A stretch of 55,305 nt of DNA from Candidatus Magasanikiibacteriota bacterium (GTDB lineage: Bacteria > Patescibacteriota > Patescibacteriia > Magasanikbacterales > UBA922): the NCBI GenBank assembly GCA_016193335.1, contig JACPSK010000004.1:1-55305 (forward strand), written 5' to 3'. A program made the translations under genes and the position numbers. This document shows positions 11,892-21,942 of this stretch, piece after piece; within the stretch, counting starts at the first letter, position 1; the number at the start of each line of letters is the position of its first letter. The notes under the pieces are model-generated. The model did not search any database. It was not told where the DNA came from and saw nothing but the letters and a program-made list of their open reading frames with translations.

Positions 11892-12645
11892 AACAAGCGT
11901 TCTCATTCTCGCGGCCGGCGAAGGTAAACGGATGGGGAAAGATCTGCCCAAAGTTATGCATGAGATCAAGGATAAACCCATGCTTGCCTATGTGTTTGAC
12001 GCGGTCAAAAATTCCGGGGTTTGTGATCTTCCCTTTTTGGTGGTTTCTGAAAAAAATAAGTCTCTGATTCAACATTATTTCGGCGAGGCTTTCGAATATG
12101 TTGTCCAAACCGAACAGCTCGGAACAGGGCACGCGGTGGCCGCGGCAGAAGAAAGACTCAAGAATCTGTCGAAACACATAATGGTTTTATATGGAGACAT
12201 GCCTTTTTTGCGTTCTGCTTCGATTCGCGCTTTGGCGAGACATCACTCGGATACAGACGCGGTTATCACTCTTATGACCACTCTGGCTCCGGATTTTGAA
12301 GATTGGAGGAGGTCTTTCGAAAGTTTCGGCAGGATAGTGAGGAACGACAAAGGCGCTATTGAGCGGATTGTGGAATATAAAGACGCGAATTTTGAAGAAT
12401 TACATATAAAAGAATTGAGTACTGGTTTTTTTTGTTTCCGAGGAGATTGGCTTTGGGAGCATCTCAAGAAACTCAACAATGATAACAGACAAAGTGAACA
12501 TTATTTGGTTGATGTCATTCCATGGGCCATACAAGAAGGTCTTGGCGTCCGGACGATTAATGTCGGTTTGAAAGAGGCGTACGGGATCAATTCAAAAGAG
12601 GATCTTGTCTTGGCTGAAGCCTTGGCCCCGGATTGGGGGGCTTAA
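11863..12645 (+). CDS. glmU: sugar-1-phosphate nucleotidylyltransferase resembling the N-terminal (uridyltransferase) domain of GlmU; lacks the LbH acetyltransferase domain
   Basis: LILAAGEGKRMGKDLPKVMH and GTGHAV motifs. It is only 260 aa, against ~450 aa for bifunctional GlmU. Confidence 0.7.
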   Translation: MKSQTRKNIETSVLILAAGEGKRMGKDLPKVMHEIKDKPMLAYVFDAVKNSGVCDLPFLVVSEKNKSLIQHYFGEAFEYVVQTEQLGTGHAVAAAEERLKNLSKHIMVLYGDMPFLRSASIRALARHHSDTDAVITLMTTLAPDFEDWRRSFESFGRIVRNDKGAIERIVEYKDANFEELHIKELSTGFFCFRGDWLWEHLKKLNNDNRQSEHYLVDVIPWAIQEGLGVRTINVGLKEAYGINSKEDLVLAEALAPDWGA

Positions 12646-12727
12646 TGGAATTTTTGCCAGTGAGCGCCCTATGAATTCATCCTTTATCAAGAATCAGTTT
12701 TAAAGATACCTAATACTTAAAAATTGT

Positions 12728-14575
12728 ATGTGTGGAATTGTTGGCTATATTGGCAATAAACAAGCTCTACCTATCCTTCTCAAGGGCCTGCGTCGTTTGG
12801 AATATCGCGGGTATGACAGTGCCGGGATTTCTTTGTTTAATGATGGTTCTCTCTCCTGTATCAGGGCTGTGGGGAAAATAGAAAATTTGGAAGAAAAATT
12901 AAAAACAAAAGTTTTGGAAGGGAGCATGGGTATTGCTCATACACGCTGGGCGACGCATGGAGGAGTGAGCGAGGAGAACGCGCATCCTCATATGGCCTGT
13001 GGGTCTGAGCTGGCGCTTGCCCATAATGGCATTATTGAAAATTATAGAGAACTTAAAGATGAGCTTTCCAAGACGCACGCGCACAAGTCTGAAACCGATT
13101 CCGAAGTTCTGGCTCATTTGATAGAAGAGCATTATAAAGTCCAAGATCCGGCCGAAGGAGGCGCGGCTTTGAGAAAAGCGGTTCAATCTGCTTTGGCTCA
13201 TGTGAGAGGAACCTATGGCATCGTGGTGATGCATAAAAATCATCCGGATACTTTGATAACAGCTCGTCTGGGCAGTCCCATTGTTATTGGCATCAATGAT
13301 GAAGAATATTATGTAGCCAGCGATACGACACCCATGCTTGCTTACACCAAGAAAGTCATTTTTCTTGATGACGGAGAAATCGCTGAGATATCGAGAGAGG
13401 GAATGCAGACCTACACGCTCAGAGATAAGAGCGTGGTGAAATGCGTGGAAGAAATAGATTGGGATGAAGACACGGCGCAAAAACAAGGTTATGAACATTT
13501 CATGCTTAAGGAGATTTTCGACCAGCCCAGAGTTTTTCAAGACGCGATTAGAGGCAGATATAATTTGGCCGAAGGCACTGCGTACTTGGGCGGTTTGAAC
13601 ATGAATGAAGAAGAAATGCGTTCGGTAAAGCGGATTATTCTTATAGCCTGCGGCACCGCGAGCTACGCGGCCATGGTCGGCAAATACGCTTTTGAACGGC
13701 TCGCCGGGATCCCTACTGAAGTGGATGTGGCGAGCGAATTTCGCTACCGCGATCCGATTATAGATTCTCAGACTTTGGTGTTTTGCATTTCACAATCCGG
13801 AGAAACGGCAGACACCCTCGCGGCTTTGAGAGAGGCAAAACGCAAAGGCGCTTTTGTTCGCGGGATCGTAAACGCGGTCGGCTCCACCATTGCCAGAGAG
13901 AGCGATGGTGGAACCTATATACACGCAGGCCCGGAGCTTGCGGTGGCCTCTACAAAAGCGTTTACCAACATGATCGCCATTCTTATACTCTACGCGCTTC
14001 AGTTTGGCCGCTTGAAACGCATTACTCTTGCTACCGGTCAGCGTCTTTTGCACGCGCTTAGGGAAATCCCGGATAAAATGGAAACGATTCTCGCTCAATC
14101 TAACTCGATAAAGAAAGTCGCGCTCAAATATAAAGACGCGCCCAATTTTTTCTTTTTGGGGAGAGGCATCAATTATCCGGTTGCTCTTGAAGGCTCTCTC
14201 AAAGTAAAAGAAACCACATACATACACAGCGAGGCATATCCGGGCGGCGAACTGAAACATGGTCCGCTCGCTCTCTTGTCCAAAGATTTTCCGGTTCTTG
14301 GCGTTCTTTCAAAAGATCAGCTCTACGATAAAATGCTGAGCAACATAGAAGAAGTGCGGGCACGCAAAGCTCCGGTGATTTTGATCGCCACCGAAGGAGA
14401 CGAGAATGCTCAGGGTTTGGCCGAAGATGTGCTGTATGTGCCTAGCACTATGGAATTGTTGGAACCTTTGCTCAACGCCATTCCTTTGCAGCTTTTCGCC
14501 TATCACATGGCTGTGGCGCTTGGCCGCGATGTCGACCGTCCCAGGAATTTGGCTAAAAGTGTAACCGTAGAGTGA
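12728..14575 (+). CDS. glmS: glutamine--fructose-6-phosphate aminotransferase
   Basis: MCGIVGYIG N-terminal nucleophile, two SIS domains and C-terminal ...NLAKSVTVE. Confidence 0.97.
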   Translation: MCGIVGYIGNKQALPILLKGLRRLEYRGYDSAGISLFNDGSLSCIRAVGKIENLEEKLKTKVLEGSMGIAHTRWATHGGVSEENAHPHMACGSELALAHNGIIENYRELKDELSKTHAHKSETDSEVLAHLIEEHYKVQDPAEGGAALRKAVQSALAHVRGTYGIVVMHKNHPDTLITARLGSPIVIGINDEEYYVASDTTPMLAYTKKVIFLDDGEIAEISREGMQTYTLRDKSVVKCVEEIDWDEDTAQKQGYEHFMLKEIFDQPRVFQDAIRGRYNLAEGTAYLGGLNMNEEEMRSVKRIILIACGTASYAAMVGKYAFERLAGIPTEVDVASEFRYRDPIIDSQTLVFCISQSGETADTLAALREAKRKGAFVRGIVNAVGSTIARESDGGTYIHAGPELAVASTKAFTNMIAILILYALQFGRLKRITLATGQRLLHALREIPDKMETILAQSNSIKKVALKYKDAPNFFFLGRGINYPVALEGSLKVKETTYIHSEAYPGGELKHGPLALLSKDFPVLGVLSKDQLYDKMLSNIEEVRARKAPVILIATEGDENAQGLAEDVLYVPSTMELLEPLLNAIPLQLFAYHMAVALGRDVDRPRNLAKSVTVE

Positions 14576-14672
14576 AAAATTTTGTACGCTTGTTTTTTTC
14601 GGAGAAAAATAAATGAGCTGAAGATTTAAACGGCCTAACATTTTGAAGGAGTTTTATCGGTAAAAGATTTTT

Positions 14673-15629
14673 ATGAAAAAAAAAGTAGTAGTGCTGGGTG
14701 GAGGAAATGGCAGCGCCAAATCCATTGGAGCTTGCAAGACTTTTATAGACCGAATTGAATTGTCTGCCGTGATTTCGGTGAGTGACTCTGGCGGCTCGAG
14801 CGGAAGGCTCCGTGATGAATATGATATCTTGCCTCCGGGAGATATATTGCGCGCGGTTATGGCCATGTCTCAATATCCTTATGATATTTTGAAGTCTATA
14901 TTTTATAAGTCTCGTTTTGAGAATGTGGGAGTTTTGGACGGACATAATGTGGGAAATTTATTTTTGGTTTTTGCCGCCCAATACGCCGGAGGAGACTTTG
15001 TGTCCGCCATACGCGCTCTGGAACAAAGTCTAAGCGCTCGAGGCCGCGTATACCCGGCAACGCTTGGCGACACGCATCTCGTGGCCGAACTTGCAAATGG
15101 GGAGATCATAAGAACCGAGGCGCTCATAGACCGGCCTGTGTATGACAGATCTCTGAAAATAAGAAAGCTTTGGCTGGAGCCGGAAGTTCGGATATATGAA
15201 GACGCCGAGCGGGTTATCCGTGAGGCTGATTATATCGTTATGGGCCCCGGCAGTTTGTATTGCAGTGTGGTCGCGGCCCTATTACCTTCTGGATTCAGGG
15301 AAGCCATCAAAAAATCTTCCGCGCGTCTCGTATACGTGGTAGGCAATGCCTTTGAATGTGATGGAGAAACGGGCCCGGGACATTTGAGCGGTTTTGTGGC
15401 AGGACTTCAACAGTATCTTCCGCGCCCGATTGATATGGTTGTATACAATAATCATATTATTTCTGATGAAGAGCAAGCAGGCTACACGCGAAAAAATTGG
15501 GCTTTGTTTGAAGCGGATTTTGAAAATGTCAAAGACTCTGAATTGATACAAGGAGATTATGAACGCTTGGGGAAAATTGGTTTGGACGACAAAAAGTTGG
15601 GGGCCATACTTGATCGATTACTTATATAA
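14673..15629 (+). CDS. yvcK: YvcK/GlmR (CofD-like, UPF0052) family protein
   Basis: VVVLGGGNGSAK, SVSDSGGSSGRLR, LPPGDILRA and GPGSLYCSV motifs. Confidence 0.8.
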   Translation: MKKKVVVLGGGNGSAKSIGACKTFIDRIELSAVISVSDSGGSSGRLRDEYDILPPGDILRAVMAMSQYPYDILKSIFYKSRFENVGVLDGHNVGNLFLVFAAQYAGGDFVSAIRALEQSLSARGRVYPATLGDTHLVAELANGEIIRTEALIDRPVYDRSLKIRKLWLEPEVRIYEDAERVIREADYIVMGPGSLYCSVVAALLPSGFREAIKKSSARLVYVVGNAFECDGETGPGHLSGFVAGLQQYLPRPIDMVVYNNHIISDEEQAGYTRKNWALFEADFENVKDSELIQGDYERLGKIGLDDKKLGAILDRLLI

Positions 15630-15641
15630 TATTTTGAATGT

Positions 15642-16001
15642 ATGGATATCACCAAAACGCCGAGAGATGATTGTTATAGTATCCAGTTTACGGTGAAAGA
15701 AGAGGGCAAAAAAGTGGCTTGGGGTTTCTTGGTGGTCATTAGCAATGATCGCCACGCTGAGTCCTACGGCCTCCTCGAAAATGTGTATGTGGAACCTGAA
15801 TTCAGAGGAAGAGGTATAGGAACTAAACTTTTGCAAGAGATTATAGCCGAGGCCAAACGAATTGGCTGTTATAAATTGCTCGGACAAAGCAGATATGGAA
15901 AAGAAAACGTGCATGATTTGTATCTGAGCTTGGGCTTTAAGGACCATGGAAAAAATTTTAGGATGGATCTGAAAGAATCACCGATTAGGCAACAGGATTA
16001 A
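15642..16001 (+). CDS. small GNAT-family N-acetyltransferase
   Basis: Acetyl-CoA binding motif VEPEFRGRGIGTKLLQEIIAEAKRIG; 119 aa. Confidence 0.75.
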   Translation: MDITKTPRDDCYSIQFTVKEEGKKVAWGFLVVISNDRHAESYGLLENVYVEPEFRGRGIGTKLLQEIIAEAKRIGCYKLLGQSRYGKENVHDLYLSLGFKDHGKNFRMDLKESPIRQQD

Positions 16002-16005
16002 TGTT

Positions 16006-16031
16006 CCGTAGATATTCAAAAATATATAAAG
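16006..16031 (+). repeat. copy of the CGTAGATA + A/T-rich intergenic motif
   Basis: ccgtagatattcaaaaatatataaag, upstream of the aconitase-IDH gene. Confidence 0.4.
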
Positions 16032-16085
16032 CCTCGAATTTTGAACAAGCCGGTATGTAATGGCGAGGGCATACATAAAATATAT

Positions 16086-19000
16086 ATGTCTCAATTCATA
16101 GATATCCAACGCATGAAGGAATTGTACGATCGGATGCGCGCTGAGCTTTCTTCTCTGCGCGGTTGTTTGGGGCGGCCTCTTCTTTTGTCTGAAAAGATTT
16201 TGTACACCCATTTTTATGATAAGGCAATCTCAGCCGATCTGATAGAACGCGGGAAAACCGAGCTTCGCTTGAAACCGGACCGCGTGGTGATGCAAGACGC
16301 CACCGCGCAAATGACTCTGCTCCAGTTTATGAGCGCCGGAATGGATAGCGTGCTTACTCCGTCTTCGCTACATTGCGATCATCTGATTCGCGCCCGCGAT
16401 GGAGCGGCAGAAGACATGGAACGGGCCATGCAAGAAAATAAAGAAGTATACGCCTTCTTATCTTCGGCATGCCAAAAATACGGTATTGATTTTTGGGAAC
16501 CAGGTTCAGGGATTATTCATCAGGTTAATTTGGAGCATTACGCGTATCCGGGCGCTTTGTTTGTAGGGACCGATTCCCATACCCCCAATGTGGGAGGCCT
16601 TGCCTTGTTGGCCGTTGGCGTTGGCGGTGCGGAAGCCGTGGATCCTATGACAGGCCAGGCCTGGACTCTTCGCGCGCCCAAACATGTGGGAGTGTTTTTG
16701 AAAGGGAATTGCTCCGGCTGGACTTCACCAAAAGATATTATATTGAAAGTTTGTTCTCTCATGACCGTAAAAGGCGGTACAGGGAAAATTTTGGAATACT
16801 TTGGAGAAGGAGCCCGATCCCTGAGCTGCACGGGCAAAGCTACCATTTGCAATATGGGCGCTGAACTGGGAGCCACGACTTCAATTTTTTCTTATGATGA
16901 ACAGATGTCAGAATATCTCAGAGCGACAGGAAGAGACGATGTGGCAGATCTGGCCGAGTCTTACGCGGATCTTTTGTCGGGTGATCCCGAAGTGTATGAA
17001 AATCCGGCCCTATATTTTGATGAAGTTATTGAAATAGATCTGAACGCTCTTGAACCTGGCTTGACCGGGCCAGACACCCCAGACGCGTATCATCCGGTTT
17101 CCAAGCTAAAGGGTTTAGCGGAACATTGTCAGATACCGAATACTATTGACGTCTGTCTGGTTGGAAGCTGTACCAATTCATCGTATGAAGATATAAGGAG
17201 AGTGGCCGAACTTTGTGATTTTGCCGACCGGAAAGGACTGAAATTGCGTTCCCGTTTTATGCTTACCCCTGGTTCGAGACAGATAGAAGAAACGATGAAA
17301 CGCGATGGTTATGTTGCCATCTTTGAAAAAGTAGGAGCGACGATTTTGAGCAATGCCTGCGGACCCTGCGTGGGTCAATGGGACAGAAATGACCTTCCGA
17401 AAGAACAAAAAAGCGTGGTAGTTTCCAGTTTTAATAGGAATTTTAAACGGCGCAATGACGGAAGAGCAGAAACCTACGCCTTTGTCGCGAGTCCGGAAAT
17501 CACCACCGCGCTGGCTTTTGCAGGCAGACTCGATTTTAATCCTTTGGAAGATTCTCTCGAAAATGAAGCAGGGGAAGCAATTCGTTTTGAGATAAAAACA
17601 ACTCAAAGTCTGCCCACGGTCGGTTTTGCCGCTACAGAGCGAGATGGCTTTGTGAAACCTTCGGAAGATCCTCGTTCATTGAAGGTAGAGGTAGGTCCAG
17701 ACAGCGACAGGATTCAGCTTCTCGAAGCTTTTAATGTGTGGAATCTTGAAAAAGATTTTACGGATTTGGTGGTTTTGGGTAAGGCGAAAGGAAAGTGCAC
17801 TACAGATCATATTTCTCCGGCCGGAGTGTGGTTTAAATATAGAGGACATCTCGATAATATCAGCAACAATTTATTTATTGGGGTCAATAACGCATTTTGT
17901 CCGGACGAAGGTAAGGGACATTATATAGAAAGCGGAAGAACTGATGAATTGAATAAAATTGCTCGGCGCTATAAGGAACAGAAAATTGGCTGGATTTTTG
18001 TGGCAGATGAAAATTATGGCGAAGGTTCAAGCCGAGAACACGCGGCCATGGAGCCTCGCTATCTTGGCTGCAGGGCCATCATAGCCAAAAGTTTTGCCCG
18101 CATTGCTGAGACTAATCTTAAAAAACAAGGATTACTTGCCCTCCAACTCAAAAATGCCAATGACTACGAAAGTATCCAGGAAAAAGACAAGATTTCCATT
18201 ATAGGTCTTTCCGAACTTGCTCCTGGCAGAGATATTATTGTGGAATTGAACCATTCAGACGGCAGCACAGATTTGATTTCCTGCGCGCATTCATTGAGTT
18301 TGGAGCAGATTGCCTGGTTTTACGCGGGTTCGGCGCTCAATGACGCAGGGCAGAAGCTTAAAAAAGCCTCTGTCGGTGCATCTGTTCCAAAAGAGACTTC
18401 CGCATTCGCGGAATTCAAAAAAATAAAAGTTCAGAATCCCATTGTGGAAATAGATGGCGATGAGATGGCGCGGGTTATCTGGCAGATGATAAAGGAGCGG
18501 CTTATTTTGCCTTATCTTGATATTGATATTAGATATTTTGATTTGCATATAAAAAATAGAGAGCGGACTGATGACCGCGTGACCGGTGAAGCGGCAGAAG
18601 CGATTAAGACATATAAGGTTGGCATCAAATGCGCGACTATTACTCCGAATAAGGCGCGCGTGGAAGAGTATACACTCAAGAAAGAATATAAATCGCCGAA
18701 TGGCACTATTCGCAATACGCTTGGCGGCACGGTATTTCGCGCGCCCATCGTTATTAAGAATATACCGAGACTGGTACCTGCTTGGCAACGCCCTATCGTG
18801 GTTGCCCGTCACGCGCACGCGGATCAGTACAAAGCTCTTGAGATGAATATCGATATTCCAGGCAAGCTGAGCATGAAATTCGCGGGAGCGGATACTTCGC
18901 TTCGCGAAGAGTCTCTGTATGAATACAAAACTCCGGGCATCGCGATTGGCATGTACAATACATTGGAATCTATAGAAGATTTCGCGCGCAGTTGCTTTCA

Positions 19001-19646
19001 ATATGGTCTTTTGATGAAGTACCCGGTGTATTTTAGCGCCAAAGAAACCATTTTAAAAATATATGATACCGCGTTCAGAGATATATTTCAGAACATTTTC
19101 GAAATTGAATTTAAGGAACGCTTTCTCGCGGCCGGCATATTCTATGATTACAAACTGATTGACGACATGGTGGCTCGGGTTCTCAAAATGGAAGGTGGTT
19201 TTGTCTGGGCCCTCAAGAACTATGACGGAGACGTTCAGTCTGACATGGTGGCCCAAGGTTTTGGTTCTTTGGGGCTCATGACTTCTGTGCTCATGTGTTC
19301 TGATGGCAAGACCATAGAAACCGAAGCGGCTCATGGCACGGTAACCCGCCATTATCAATTGCATAAAGAGGGGAAGCAGACGAGCACCAACCCTATGGCG
19401 AGTATTTTTGCGTGGACCCGCGGGCTCGCTCATAGGGGGAAACTGGATGAAAATCCGCGTTTGATTAGCTTTTCGGAAACGCTTGAGCGTGTTTGCGTGG
19501 AGACTGTTGAAAGCGGCTGTATGACTCAAGATCTGGCACGAGCTGTCCATGCCACAGAAGATCCGCCGGAAGGATCTTGGCTTAGCACTGAAGAATTTTT
19601 TTCAGAAATTGAAAAAAGGTTCGAGCAAGAAATTCAAAGCATATAA
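16086..19646 (+). CDS. fusion protein: mitochondrial-type aconitase (N, to ~18365) + type-II homodimeric NADP isocitrate dehydrogenase (C, from ~18417)
   Basis: The N part has [44 protein letters not shown] and [11 protein letters not shown], and ends [12 protein letters not shown] like the aconitase C-terminus. A linker [17 protein letters not shown] follows. The C part then has [51 protein letters not shown] and [16 protein letters not shown], as in IDH1/2-type IDH. It is a single uninterrupted frame. ATG 16086 is preferred over TTG 16041. Confidence 0.85.
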   Translation: MSQFIDIQRMKELYDRMRAELSSLRGCLGRPLLLSEKILYTHFYDKAISADLIERGKTELRLKPDRVVMQDATAQMTLLQFMSAGMDSVLTPSSLHCDHLIRARDGAAEDMERAMQENKEVYAFLSSACQKYGIDFWEPGSGIIHQVNLEHYAYPGALFVGTDSHTPNVGGLALLAVGVGGAEAVDPMTGQAWTLRAPKHVGVFLKGNCSGWTSPKDIILKVCSLMTVKGGTGKILEYFGEGARSLSCTGKATICNMGAELGATTSIFSYDEQMSEYLRATGRDDVADLAESYADLLSGDPEVYENPALYFDEVIEIDLNALEPGLTGPDTPDAYHPVSKLKGLAEHCQIPNTIDVCLVGSCTNSSYEDIRRVAELCDFADRKGLKLRSRFMLTPGSRQIEETMKRDGYVAIFEKVGATILSNACGPCVGQWDRNDLPKEQKSVVVSSFNRNFKRRNDGRAETYAFVASPEITTALAFAGRLDFNPLEDSLENEAGEAIRFEIKTTQSLPTVGFAATERDGFVKPSEDPRSLKVEVGPDSDRIQLLEAFNVWNLEKDFTDLVVLGKAKGKCTTDHISPAGVWFKYRGHLDNISNNLFIGVNNAFCPDEGKGHYIESGRTDELNKIARRYKEQKIGWIFVADENYGEGSSREHAAMEPRYLGCRAIIAKSFARIAETNLKKQGLLALQLKNANDYESIQEKDKISIIGLSELAPGRDIIVELNHSDGSTDLISCAHSLSLEQIAWFYAGSALNDAGQKLKKASVGASVPKETSAFAEFKKIKVQNPIVEIDGDEMARVIWQMIKERLILPYLDIDIRYFDLHIKNRERTDDRVTGEAAEAIKTYKVGIKCATITPNKARVEEYTLKKEYKSPNGTIRNTLGGTVFRAPIVIKNIPRLVPAWQRPIVVARHAHADQYKALEMNIDIPGKLSMKFAGADTSLREESLYEYKTPGIAIGMYNTLESIEDFARSCFQYGLLMKYPVYFSAKETILKIYDTAFRDIFQNIFEIEFKERFLAAGIFYDYKLIDDMVARVLKMEGGFVWALKNYDGDVQSDMVAQGFGSLGLMTSVLMCSDGKTIETEAAHGTVTRHYQLHKEGKQTSTNPMASIFAWTRGLAHRGKLDENPRLISFSETLERVCVETVESGCMTQDLARAVHATEDPPEGSWLSTEEFFSEIEKRFEQEIQSI

Positions 19647-19708
19647 AGTTTTTTGATTTTTGGAGTGTTCATTTTTTCCGGGCGAACTGGCCGGGCTTCG
19701 ATTCTCTT

Positions 19709-19736
19709 AAAAATTATAAATTATAAATTAAAAATT
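19709..19736 (+). repeat. A/T-rich intergenic motif copy (aaaaattataaattataaattaaaaatt)
   Basis: Ends 7 nt before ATG 19743. Confidence 0.6.
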
Positions 19737-19742
19737 CACGCT

Positions 19743-20909
19743 ATGAATCTCTACGAATTCGAGGGGAAACATTTTTTTGAAAAGAGCGGTATTGCGGTTC
19801 CTAAAGGAATTATGGTATCGCGTGGCATGGACTATGCCACTGCGTATCAGAATTTGGGATTGACCGAAGTCGTGATAAAGGCGCAAGTTCTTTCCGGCAA
19901 AAGAGGCAAAAATAATGGCATACGTTTTTGCTCTTCGGCCGAGGGGGTGAATCGTGTCTGTACAGAACTCTTCGATTCGGAGCTGAATGGTCAATACATT
20001 TCGGCTCTGCGAATTGAAGAAAAATTGGACATAGCTGAGGAACATTACATGTCTATAAGCTATGATACCAATTCCAAACAGCCGGTTTTCATATACAGCA
20101 AAGAAGGAGGAATGGATATAGAAGACGTGGATGATGGGAACATCGACACATACATGCTGGATATCCGAGAGGATATGCTTTCGGTGCAAGCAAATAAAAA
20201 TGATTTCCCTTTAGAAATCGCCTTGAAATTATGGAATTGTTTTAAACAAAATGATGCTCGAATGGTGGAAATAAATCCTTTGGTAAAGACAAGCGGGGGT
20301 TTATGGATAGCGGCTGACGCCAAAATGGCTTTGGATGATGATGCTTTTTATCGTCATGAGGAATGGAGGAATCTCGAGCCTCGGAGCATGATGGGCAGGC
20401 CTGTCACGGATAGGGAAATTGAAGTTAAAAAAATTGATGAAGGGGAAAAATATTATCAGGGTACAGCGGGCAAATATATAGAAATGAACGGAGACATAGC
20501 GATATTGTTTTCCGGTGGCGGCGCGAGTATCGCGAACATGGATGCCTTGATAAAGGCTGGTTTGAAACCGGCAAATTATACTGAGTACTCCGGAAACCCG
20601 CCGAGAGAAAAAGTTTTTGAACTGACGAAAATTGTGCTCTCTAAACCCGGATTGCGGGGGTTGTGGATAGCCGGCGGTGTGGCCAATTTTACCAATATAA
20701 AAGAAACATTCAATGGGATTGTTGACGCCTTTGACGAACTCAAGCCGTCCTATCCGATTGTCGTGCGTCGGGCAGGGCCTTATGAAAGCGAAGGAATGGA
20801 ATTGATGCGAGACTGCGCGGCCAGGAACAATTTGAACATTCGTTTTTTTGGCAAAGAAACATCTATGAGCGAAACCGCGGGAGTCTTGGCGGGTATGTTG
20901 AATAATTGA
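19743..20909 (+). CDS. ATP-grasp SucC-like subunit; probable citryl-CoA synthetase large subunit (or succinyl-CoA synthetase beta)
   Basis: MNLYEFEGKHFFEKSGIAVPKG resembles the SucC/AclB N-terminus. The product is ~388 aa from ATG 19743. Gene context includes a citryl-CoA-lyase-like gene. Confidence 0.7.
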   Translation: MNLYEFEGKHFFEKSGIAVPKGIMVSRGMDYATAYQNLGLTEVVIKAQVLSGKRGKNNGIRFCSSAEGVNRVCTELFDSELNGQYISALRIEEKLDIAEEHYMSISYDTNSKQPVFIYSKEGGMDIEDVDDGNIDTYMLDIREDMLSVQANKNDFPLEIALKLWNCFKQNDARMVEINPLVKTSGGLWIAADAKMALDDDAFYRHEEWRNLEPRSMMGRPVTDREIEVKKIDEGEKYYQGTAGKYIEMNGDIAILFSGGGASIANMDALIKAGLKPANYTEYSGNPPREKVFELTKIVLSKPGLRGLWIAGGVANFTNIKETFNGIVDAFDELKPSYPIVVRRAGPYESEGMELMRDCAARNNLNIRFFGKETSMSETAGVLAGMLNN

Positions 20910-20993
20910 AAATGTAAATCGAAAACGAGGGTTTATATTTTTAAGATCCCCACCAGGGGATGATAGCAGAACTTGATTAACAAAAATTAAACT

Positions 20994-21890
20994 ATGGCTA
21001 TACTTATAGACAAAAACAGCAAAGTACTCATTCAGGGCATCACGGGCAAAGAAGGCCAAAAAGCCGCTCAGGCCATGATTGCGTATCACACTAATGTGGT
21101 GGGTGGGGTGCGTCCTGGCAAAGCCGGAGAAATGGTGGAAGGCAGACCGGTTTTCAATACAGTAGGCGAGGCTCTGGAAGCTGTCCCCGATATTTCGGTA
21201 AGTGCGATTTATGTGCCCCCTTTCGCCGCAAAAGCCGCTATGATGGAGGCTATAGACGCGGGTTTGCCACAAATCAATGTAATTGTAGAGCGTATCCCAA
21301 TCCAAGATACTGCCTACTGTTTGGCCGCGGCAAGAGAAAAAAATATCAGAATTATTGGCCCCAGTTCATTGGGTTATATCGCGCCCGGCCTTGGTAGGAT
21401 CGGCGTGGTGGGAGGGCCCGAGCAATTGGTGAATGAGATTTATCAGCCCGGCGGTATTGGGATTATATCTCGTTCCGGAGGCATGACCAATGAAGTCAGC
21501 TGGCAGATTCGAAAAGCCGGTTTGGGACAGAGCACGGCCGTGCACGCGGGCGGTGATTTGCTTATGGGTATGACCTATACTGATTTGCTCAAGGATTTTG
21601 AAAAGGATGAACAAACAAAAGCCGTGGTTATTTTCGGTGAACACGGAGGTAGTTATGAATTTGAGATCGTGGAATTGATTCAAGATAAGGGATATACCAA
21701 ACCCCTTGCCATATATATAGGAGGTAAATTCGCGCAGGTTCTGCCCGAGGGTATGAATATAGGCCATGCGGGGGCTATAGTAGAGCGGGGAAAGGGCGCG
21801 GTAGAGAAAGAAGCGGCTTTGAAGTCCGCCGGCGTCATGATCGCCGAACGCTATGAAGATTTGGTCGAATTGGTGAAGCCCCATGTTTAG
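20994..21890 (+). CDS. SucD-like CoA-binding subunit; probable citryl-CoA synthetase small subunit
   Basis: ILIDKNSKVLIQGITGKEG, IISRSGGMTNE and the phosphohistidine loop NIGHAGAIV. Confidence 0.75.
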   Translation: MAILIDKNSKVLIQGITGKEGQKAAQAMIAYHTNVVGGVRPGKAGEMVEGRPVFNTVGEALEAVPDISVSAIYVPPFAAKAAMMEAIDAGLPQINVIVERIPIQDTAYCLAAAREKNIRIIGPSSLGYIAPGLGRIGVVGGPEQLVNEIYQPGGIGIISRSGGMTNEVSWQIRKAGLGQSTAVHAGGDLLMGMTYTDLLKDFEKDEQTKAVVIFGEHGGSYEFEIVELIQDKGYTKPLAIYIGGKFAQVLPEGMNIGHAGAIVERGKGAVEKEAALKSAGVMIAERYEDLVELVKPHV

Positions 21891-21942
21891 CTGAAGTATT
21901 TTTTGTCCATTTGGAATATTCACTTTAACCATACATTAATAT

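Noticed and set aside
12646-12727. glmS ribozyme upstream of glmS.
   Set aside because: The gap is only 82 nt and contains none of the conserved ribozyme core strings. The 216-nt region upstream of the HAD gene also lacks them.
12899-13540. 213-aa antisense ORF inside glmS.
   Set aside because: It is opposite a very well-supported glmS frame and has no recognisable motifs.
16041-16085. TTG-initiated 15-codon N-terminal extension of the aconitase-IDH ORF.
   Set aside because: Homology to aconitase begins after ATG 16086. The extension overlaps the A/T-rich upstream motif region.
17178-19550. Antisense ORFs of 142, 236 and 165 aa within the aconitase-IDH gene.
   Set aside because: They are opposite a strongly supported coding frame, with low-complexity or unrecognisable translations.
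20301-21305. 334-aa minus-strand ORF spanning the SucC-like/SucD-like junction.
   Set aside because: It overlaps two well-supported plus-strand genes and their intergenic region, and has no recognisable domain.
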